Below, piece by piece: positions 27,635 to 34,229 of a DNA stretch of 34,229 nt. The stretch's first letter is position 1. Each line of letters opens with the position of its first letter. Source of the DNA: Flavobacteria bacterium RIFCSPLOWO2_12_FULL_31_7 (lineage in GTDB: Bacteria; Bacteroidota; Bacteroidia; Flavobacteriales; Flavobacteriaceae); NCBI GenBank assembly GCA_001800945.1, contig MGWJ01000022.1:1-34229 (forward strand), read 5' to 3'. A model generated the notes under the pieces. It saw only the letters and a program-made list of their open reading frames with translations. It made no database searches and was not told where the DNA came from. Made by a program: the position numbers and the translations under genes.

Positions 27635-29065
27635 TTATTTAATTTGTGTTAAAATTGATTGTAAACTTGGCGTAATTAAATCGATAATTGGTTGTGGAAA
27701 TAATCCGAAGAAAATTGTTAATCCAACAACAATTACTAAAACAATACTTTCTTGTTTTGATATTTTGTGAAATGATTTCGTTTCCGAACCTAACATTACT
27801 TTTTGAAACATTCGTAACATATAAAATGCTCCTAAAATGATAGTTGTTCCTGCAATTACCGCATACCAAATGTTTACTTTGAATAAACTATATAGTAAAT
27901 TGAATTCACCAATAAAGTTGAAAGTGGTTGGTAAAGCTACAGAAGCCAACATGATAATCATAAATAAAGATGCGAAATAGGTATCTTGAATTCTGATTCC
28001 ACCCATTTGTTTGATTTCGTAAGTGTTGTATCTGCTGTAAATTAATTCTACCACATAAAATAATCCAACAATAACAATACCGTGAGAAAGCATTTGTAAA
28101 ACCGCACCTTGAAATCCTTCAAAAGTTAAAGAATATAAACCTGCAGCAATTAATCCCACGTGAGATAATGAGGAATAGGCTAATAATTTTTTAATGTCTT
28201 TTTGTTTTAAAGTTACAATCGCACCGTAAATAATACCAGCAATTGATAACGCTACAATAAGTGGCATATATTCTTTTGCAGCAGAATCTGATAAAGGCAA
28301 TTGCCATCTTAAAACACTGTATAATCCCATTTTTAGCATAATTCCAGATAATAACATCGTACCAACTGCTGGTGCTTTGCTATAGGTGTTCGCCTGCCAA
28401 GTATGGAAAGGAACTACTGGAATTTTAATTGCATATGCTAAAAAGAATGCGAAGAAAATATATGTTTTTTCAACATGAGTTAATGGTAACGCATATAATT
28501 TGTTGATGTCAAAACTTCCGCCTTTTGTGTATAAGTAAATGAATGCTAAAAGCATAAATAACGAACCAGCAAAGGTATAAATGAAGAATTTTAAAATTGC
28601 TTTTTTGCGTTCTTCTAATTCTCCATTACCCCAATTTAAAGCGATAAAGTAGATAGGAATTAAAGCAATTTCCCAAAAGATATAATATAAAAACCCGTCA
28701 GATGCTAAAAATGTTCCAGTCATGGCAAATCCCATGAATAGCATTAAAGCATAAATTGATTTTGAATTTTCAAATTTTGTGATAAATCCAGATAAAATAA
28801 TTAGTGGTAACAAACCAGTTGTTAATAATAACATCACTAATGATAAACCGTCAACGTGTAAGGCGAAGTTGATGTTTAGTTGTGAAATCCATGGAAAATT
28901 TACATCTAAATCATCTCCAGCTTGAAATGCGTTTAAAGCCAATAGTGTTGCTCCAAAAGCTGCAAAACTTGAAACTAAAGCTATTTTAGAAGCGAACTTG
29001 TTTCCAGATAAATAGGTGGCTAAAGCGCCAACTAATAATACAATTAAAACGATACTAATATCCAT
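27635..29065 (-). CDS. nuoM: NADH-quinone oxidoreductase subunit M
   Basis: VDGLS, FWEIALIP, IKIPVVPFHTW, LKMGLY, AYSSLSH, FIGEF. Confidence 0.95.
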   Translation of the reverse strand: MDISIVLIVLLVGALATYLSGNKFASKIALVSSFAAFGATLLALNAFQAGDDLDVNFPWISQLNINFALHVDGLSLVMLLLTTGLLPLIILSGFITKFENSKSIYALMLFMGFAMTGTFLASDGFLYYIFWEIALIPIYFIALNWGNGELEERKKAILKFFIYTFAGSLFMLLAFIYLYTKGGSFDINKLYALPLTHVEKTYIFFAFFLAYAIKIPVVPFHTWQANTYSKAPAVGTMLLSGIMLKMGLYSVLRWQLPLSDSAAKEYMPLIVALSIAGIIYGAIVTLKQKDIKKLLAYSSLSHVGLIAAGLYSLTFEGFQGAVLQMLSHGIVIVGLFYVVELIYSRYNTYEIKQMGGIRIQDTYFASLFMIIMLASVALPTTFNFIGEFNLLYSLFKVNIWYAVIAGTTIILGAFYMLRMFQKVMLGSETKSFHKISKQESIVLVIVVGLTIFFGLFPQPIIDLITPSLQSILTQIK

Positions 29066-30951
29066 TATTTTAAATCTCGAATTATAAATACATAAACTAA
29101 AAACCCAACCATTCCGAATATGAATGCGAATAAATACACACCAATATTACCATTTTGAATTTTCTTCCCTTTTATAGATAATGCATAAGTAGCACCACCT
29201 AAACCAATAACTGCTTTAGAAATGAATTTCTCCACATATTTTTTAGCAAAACTTGAAATCATATAGATAGGTTTCACAATTGTTGCCATATAAATTTCAT
29301 CTAAATAATATTTGTTCGATAAAACTTTATGTAAACCTTGTACTTCTGAATCTGCAACAGGAACTTCTTTGTTTTTAATATATTTAAACCAAGCAATTCC
29401 AATTCCAATAAAAGCTCCAACTGTAGCAATAGCCATTAACATTATTGTTTCTCCATCTAAATGGTGTTCTCCATGAGATTTGTGAGCAAATAATGGTGCT
29501 AAATAATGGTTTAACCAACTGTTTCCTGGTAAGCTGATAAGTCCACCAACAGTAGCTAAAAATCCTAAAATAATTAACGGGATAGTAATCAAAGCTGGAC
29601 TTTCATGTAAGTGATGTTTTTGTTCTTCCGTTCCTCTAAAGTCGTTGAAGAAAGTTATATACATCAAACGGAACATGTAAAATGCTGTCATAATAGAAGC
29701 TATCGAACCAATAATCCATAATGGAATATTTGTATGGAAAGCTGTCATTAAAATTTCGTCTTTAGAAAAGAATCCAGAGAAAGGAACAATTCCTGAAATC
29801 GCTAATGTTGAAAACATCATCGTCCAGAACGTAATTGGCATTACTTTTCTTAAACCACCCATATTTCTCATGTCTTGTTCTCCATGTAAAGCATGAATTA
29901 CAGAACCTGAACCTAAGAATAAACAAGCTTTAAAGAAAGCGTGTGTAATTACGTGAAATACCGCTACTTCATACGCTCCTAATCCTAAGGCTAAAAACAT
30001 TAAACCTAATTGCGAAACTGTAGAATAGGCTAATACTTTTTTAATATCGTTTTGAACTAAACCGATTGAAGCCGCAACAATTGCAGTGATAGCACCAACA
30101 ATAGCAATTACATTTTGGATTTCTGGAGTTAAGTCGAATAAGAAATTCATTCTTGTTATCATAAAAATACCAGCTGTTACCATCGTTGCTGCGTGAATTA
30201 AGGCAGAAACTGGTGTTGGACCCGCCATCGCATCTGGTAACCAAGTCGCTAAAGGCAATTGTGCCGATTTACCACAAGCTCCAATGAATAAACACAAAGC
30301 TGCGATTGACAATAGGCTAGGAGAGATTACATCTTTTCCTAATAATGCTTTTATTTCTAAGAAATCTAAAGTACCAAATAAATGACCTAAGATGAAAATT
30401 CCAATTAAGAAACCTAAATCTCCAATACGGTTCATGATGAAAGCTTTTTTAGCGGCATCATTATAGTCTTGGTTTTTATACCAGAATCCGATTAGTAAGT
30501 AAGAACATAATCCTACGCCTTCCCAACCGATGAACATAATTAATAAGTTACTTCCTGAAACTAAAGCAATCATGAAGAAAACGAACAAATTTAAATAAGA
30601 GAAAAATTTGTGCATATTTTCGTCTTCATGCATATAGCTAATAGAGTATAAGTGAATTAAAGTTCCAATTCCTGTTACAAACAATAACCATAAAGCGGAT
30701 AATTGATCGAATAAGAAAGAGAAATTTACTTTAATAGTTCCAATTGAAAACCAATCTGCTAAGTGAAAAGTGATCGCTTTTCCGTTTGCATTGATTTGTG
30801 AGAATAAGCAAATTGTACATAAGAAAGAGATAAATACTGAAGCCGTACCAATAGCGCCAGAGACAGTTTTACCTAATGTTTTACCGAAGAAAATGTTGAT
30901 TAAAAAACCAACTAACGGTGCAAATAATAAAAGTAATATAGTAGTATTCAT
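29065..30951 (-). CDS. nuoL: NADH-quinone oxidoreductase subunit L
   Basis: GWEGVGLCSYLLIGFW, NRIGD, GKSAQLPL, WLPDAMAGPTPVSALIHAATMV, HAFFKA. Confidence 0.97.
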   Translation of the reverse strand: MNTTILLLLFAPLVGFLINIFFGKTLGKTVSGAIGTASVFISFLCTICLFSQINANGKAITFHLADWFSIGTIKVNFSFLFDQLSALWLLFVTGIGTLIHLYSISYMHEDENMHKFFSYLNLFVFFMIALVSGSNLLIMFIGWEGVGLCSYLLIGFWYKNQDYNDAAKKAFIMNRIGDLGFLIGIFILGHLFGTLDFLEIKALLGKDVISPSLLSIAALCLFIGACGKSAQLPLATWLPDAMAGPTPVSALIHAATMVTAGIFMITRMNFLFDLTPEIQNVIAIVGAITAIVAASIGLVQNDIKKVLAYSTVSQLGLMFLALGLGAYEVAVFHVITHAFFKACLFLGSGSVIHALHGEQDMRNMGGLRKVMPITFWTMMFSTLAISGIVPFSGFFSKDEILMTAFHTNIPLWIIGSIASIMTAFYMFRLMYITFFNDFRGTEEQKHHLHESPALITIPLIILGFLATVGGLISLPGNSWLNHYLAPLFAHKSHGEHHLDGETIMLMAIATVGAFIGIGIAWFKYIKNKEVPVADSEVQGLHKVLSNKYYLDEIYMATIVKPIYMISSFAKKYVEKFISKAVIGLGGATYALSIKGKKIQNGNIGVYLFAFIFGMVGFLVYVFIIRDLK

Positions 30952-30958
30952 TTCAGAA

Positions 30959-31276
30959 TTATCCTTTTAGATTTTTTAAATTATCGATGTCAATATTTCC
31001 AATATTTCTAAATACCGAAACTAATATGGCTAAACCTACGGCAACTTCAGCTGCAGCAACGGCCATAGTGAAAAATACAAAAACTTGTCCTGAAGCATCT
31101 TCATGATAAGATGAAAAAGCAACTAAAAGTAAGTTTACAGCATTAAGCATAATTTCAATAGACATAAACATGATTATGGCATTTCTTCTGTATAAAAGTC
31201 CGAAAGCACCAATACAAAATAGCAAGGCTGCTAGAGTAAGGTAGTTTTCTATACCAACGTGTTCTAAGATATTCAT
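30959..31276 (-). CDS. nuoK: NADH-quinone oxidoreductase subunit K
   Basis: [28 protein letters not shown]. Confidence 0.96.
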   Translation of the reverse strand: MNILEHVGIENYLTLAALLFCIGAFGLLYRRNAIIMFMSIEIMLNAVNLLLVAFSSYHEDASGQVFVFFTMAVAAAEVAVGLAILVSVFRNIGNIDIDNLKNLKG

Positions 31277-31278
31277 AA

Positions 31279-31782
31279 TTATATTTTTTCTTCTTTTTTA
31301 GAAATTAAAACTGCACCAATCATAGAAACTAAAAGTAAAATCGAAGCAAATTCGAAAGGAACTTGGTATTCGTTTAATAAAACGTTTCCTAAAACTTTAA
31401 TGGATTGATAATCTACTCCAGAATTTACATATTCAATATTTTCTGGTTGTGCTTTACGTAAGGCTGCAATTAATACTAAACCTAAAATTCCAGCTGAAAA
31501 AACTGCTGAAAATTTTGCTAATATGGGTTTAGACGTTTCGTCTTCATTGTTCAAATTCATTAACATTAAGGTAAATAATAATAATACCATAATGGCTCCA
31601 GCATAGACAATAATGTGAACGATAGCTAAAAATTGAGCATTGAATAATAAGTAATGACCTGCTAATGAGAAAAAGCAAATTACTAAATAAATAGCACTAT
31701 GAATCGCATTTTTACTAATTACTGTTAAAAATGCAGTTCCTAATGTTATAGCTGATAAGATATAAAAAATGTACTCTAACAT
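31279..31782 (-). CDS. nuoJ: NADH-quinone oxidoreductase subunit J
   Basis: [35 protein letters not shown]. Confidence 0.95.
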   Translation of the reverse strand: MLEYIFYILSAITLGTAFLTVISKNAIHSAIYLVICFFSLAGHYLLFNAQFLAIVHIIVYAGAIMVLLLFTLMLMNLNNEDETSKPILAKFSAVFSAGILGLVLIAALRKAQPENIEYVNSGVDYQSIKVLGNVLLNEYQVPFEFASILLLVSMIGAVLISKKEEKI

Positions 31783-31783
31783 A

Positions 31784-32329
31784 TTAATTTGCTGTATTTG
31801 ATTGCGTATTTTTGATAGCCATATCTAAAGGCATCACTAATTTGTCTTTTCCGTAGATAAAACCTTCTCTTTCGTAACCCGATTTTACAATTTTTTTAGA
31901 TGTAGTTAAGTAAATCGCTTCTTTTGGACAAGCTTCTTCACATAAACCACAGAAAATACAACGCAACATATTAATTTCATAAATTTCTGCGTATTTTTCT
32001 TCTCTATATAAGTTTTTTTCTTCTGGTTTTCTTTCAGCAGCTTTCATAGTAATCGCTTCAGCTGGACAAGACAAAGCACATAATCCGCAAGCGGTACATC
32101 TTTCTCTTCCTTGATCGTCGCGCATTAACATGTGCTGTCCTCTATAAACCGGACTCATAGTTCTTGTTTCTTCTGGGTATTTAATGGTTTCGTTTCTTCT
32201 AAACAAATGTTTTAAAGTGGTCCATAAACCTTTCAGAATTGTCCAAACGTAAATTCGTTCTAAAAATGACATTTCCTTGTTGGAAACTTCAATTTTTCTT
32301 CCTGATAATGATATTTGTTGTATTGACAT
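31784..32329 (-). CDS. nuoI: NADH-quinone oxidoreductase subunit I
   Basis: Two 4Fe-4S motifs, CTACGLCALSCP and CIFCGLCEEACP. Confidence 0.96.
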   Translation of the reverse strand: MSIQQISLSGRKIEVSNKEMSFLERIYVWTILKGLWTTLKHLFRRNETIKYPEETRTMSPVYRGQHMLMRDDQGRERCTACGLCALSCPAEAITMKAAERKPEEKNLYREEKYAEIYEINMLRCIFCGLCEEACPKEAIYLTTSKKIVKSGYEREGFIYGKDKLVMPLDMAIKNTQSNTAN

Positions 32330-32336
32330 CTTCTTA

Positions 32337-33368
32337 CTAATTAAATAAAACCATTACGATACCTGTTATTATGATATTTAGAACAGCTAATGGGATTAAT
32401 ATTTTCCAACCTAAATGCATCAATTGATCGTATCTGAAACGTGGAATCGTCCATCTTACCCACATGTAGAAGAAGATGAAGAAACATATTTTTGCGAATA
32501 AAGTCAAGAAACCTAATAAGGCTCCAATGTTAATTCCCCAATTTTCATTGACCCAAGCCATTCCTGGGAAGTGGTAACCTCCTAAGAATACAACTGCTAA
32601 GATGGTTGAAGAAATGAACATGTTAGCATATTCAGCAAATAAATAGAATCCCATTTTCATAGATGAATATTCAGTATGATATCCGCCAATTAATTCTGAC
32701 TCACATTCTGCTAAATCGAAAGGTGTTCTGTTTGTTTCTGCAAAAGAACAAATTAAGAAGATTAAGAAAGCTAAAGGTTGATAGAAAATGTTCCAACCAT
32801 CATTGGCTTGCATTACTGTAATGTCTTTTAAAGATAAAGACCCTGACATCATTAAAATTGAAATCATAGCTAATCCCATTGCAACTTCGTAAGAAATCAT
32901 TTGAGAAGAGGCACGAACCGCTGACATTAATGAATATTTGTTGTTTGATGCCCAAGCACCAATCATAATTCCGTATACTCCAATTGATAATATTCCAAAA
33001 ACATACAAAATTGATACGTCAATATCTGTAGCTTGTAGTAAAACATCTCTTCCAAAAACGTGAATTTTATCTCCCCATGGAATTACAGCACTTGTAATCA
33101 AAGCCGTACTCATGGCAATTGCTGGTCCTAATATAAATAAGAATTTATTAGGTGTATTTGGAAAAAATTCTTCTTTTGTAAATAATTTGGCTCCATCGGC
33201 AAGTGGTTGTAATAATCCACCCCAACCTGCACGGTTTGGCCCAACACGATCTTGTAAAAAGGCTGCTACTTTACGTTCAGCCCAAGTTGAATACATGGCC
33301 ATTAACATCGTTAACGCAAATACTGCAACTATAATTACACTTTTTTCTATGATAAATACGCTATCCAT
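32337..33368 (-). CDS. nuoH: NADH-quinone oxidoreductase subunit H
   Basis: ERKV, RVGPNR, GLLQPLADGAKL, ISYE, AETNRTPFDL, PRFRYDQLM. Confidence 0.97.
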   Translation of the reverse strand: MDSVFIIEKSVIIVAVFALTMLMAMYSTWAERKVAAFLQDRVGPNRAGWGGLLQPLADGAKLFTKEEFFPNTPNKFLFILGPAIAMSTALITSAVIPWGDKIHVFGRDVLLQATDIDVSILYVFGILSIGVYGIMIGAWASNNKYSLMSAVRASSQMISYEVAMGLAMISILMMSGSLSLKDITVMQANDGWNIFYQPLAFLIFLICSFAETNRTPFDLAECESELIGGYHTEYSSMKMGFYLFAEYANMFISSTILAVVFLGGYHFPGMAWVNENWGINIGALLGFLTLFAKICFFIFFYMWVRWTIPRFRYDQLMHLGWKILIPLAVLNIIITGIVMVLFN

Positions 33369-34229
33369 TATTTTTGAGTATTTTTTAATGGAACACCTGT
33401 CATACTAATTTTTTTACGGTCTTCATCACGACCTAAAAGTATGTTTTTCTCTGTTTCGATAATTACTTTCTCTAAAGGACGAACGTAATTATTTTGGTTA
33501 ATAACAGAATCTTTTGCAAATTTTCTTGGTCCTTCGATAGTCCAATCAGAAACTTCTTTTTTATCGAAACGACACGTATTACAAATAAATTCTTCTACTT
33601 CACCATATTGGTCTTTTCTACCCGTAACTCTTTGAATTTCGTTTCCAAACATCCAAACAGTAGTTTTTCCACAACAAGTTGTACATTCTCTGTGCGCATT
33701 GAAAGGCTTATTAAACCAAACTCTACTTTTGAAACGGAATGTTTTGTCTGTTAAAGCTCCAACAGGGCAAACATCAATCATATTTCCAGAAAATTCATTG
33801 TCAATTGCCGCAGAAACGCAAGTTGAAATTTGCGCATGATCTCCACGGTTTAAAACTCCGTGAACTCTTTTATCTGTTAATTGATCAGCTAAAGTTGTGC
33901 AGCGTTGGCATAAAATACAACGATTCATATGTAATTGAATTTTGTCACCAATATTTTCTGGTTCAAAAGTTCTTTTTTCTTCAATGAAACATGTTTCAGA
34001 TTTTCCGTGTTCGAAACTTAAATCTTGTAAATTACATTCTCCAGCTTGGTCACAAACAGGACAATCTAAAGGGTGGTTGATTAATAAAAATTCCGTTACT
34101 GATTTTCTTGCTTCAGTTACTCTGTCCGAATTTTTACTATTCACTTCCATACCATCCATACATCCTGTAACGCATGAAGCCATTAATTTTGGCATTGGTC
34201 TTGGATCGGCTTCGCTACCTTTAGCCACT
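33368..34229 (-). CDS. nuoG: NADH-quinone oxidoreductase subunit G, short form (5' end outside window)
   Basis: NHPLDCPVCDQAGECNLQD, RCILCQRC, DVCPVGAL; TAATG overlap with nuoH. Confidence 0.92.
   Translation of the reverse strand, partial: VAKGSEADPRPMPKLMASCVTGCMDGMEVNSKNSDRVTEARKSVTEFLLINHPLDCPVCDQAGECNLQDLSFEHGKSETCFIEEKRTFEPENIGDKIQLHMNRCILCQRCTTLADQLTDKRVHGVLNRGDHAQISTCVSAAIDNEFSGNMIDVCPVGALTDKTFRFKSRVWFNKPFNAHRECTTCCGKTTVWMFGNEIQRVTGRKDQYGEVEEFICNTCRFDKKEVSDWTIEGPRKFAKDSVINQNNYVRPLEKVIIETEKNILLGRDEDRKKISMTGVPLKNTQK

Overview
AT-rich chromosomal window from a Bacteroidota genome, most likely Flavobacterium (TAnnTTTG -7 promoter boxes, T9SS cargo protein, atpD-atpC split from the other atp genes, panC/GT5/DUF4270/glmS synteny). 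In order it holds: a partial Cys-rich membrane-anchored protein, a HExxH protein, radA, an atypical alpha/beta hydrolase, an LPG-synthase-like membrane protein, panD and panC; then a divergent GT5-only glycogen-synthase homologue, a DUF4270 lipoprotein, glmS, atpD and atpC; then a biotin locus (bioF, bioD, bioA plus a coupled FabF-type ketosynthase) interrupted by a TraB/GumN-ECF sigma-antisigma module and a DUF2007 Zn-ribbon gene; then a 1.6-kaa T9SS-secreted protein and the distal complex I operon (nuoG partial to nuoN) on the minus strand. No rRNA, tRNA, CRISPR array or transposase was seen. The best candidate for new biology is the bioA-coupled ketosynthase: it keeps the Cys-His-His triad but has Arg where FabF has the chain-length-gating Ile, which suggests a pimelate-precursor route distinct from BioC/H, BioI, BioW and BioZ. 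Also notable are a Flavo-1-like structured RNA between bioD and bioA, and several small palindromic or heptamer repeat families, including copies inside the bioF and bioD reading frames. All calls are by eye; no searches were run.
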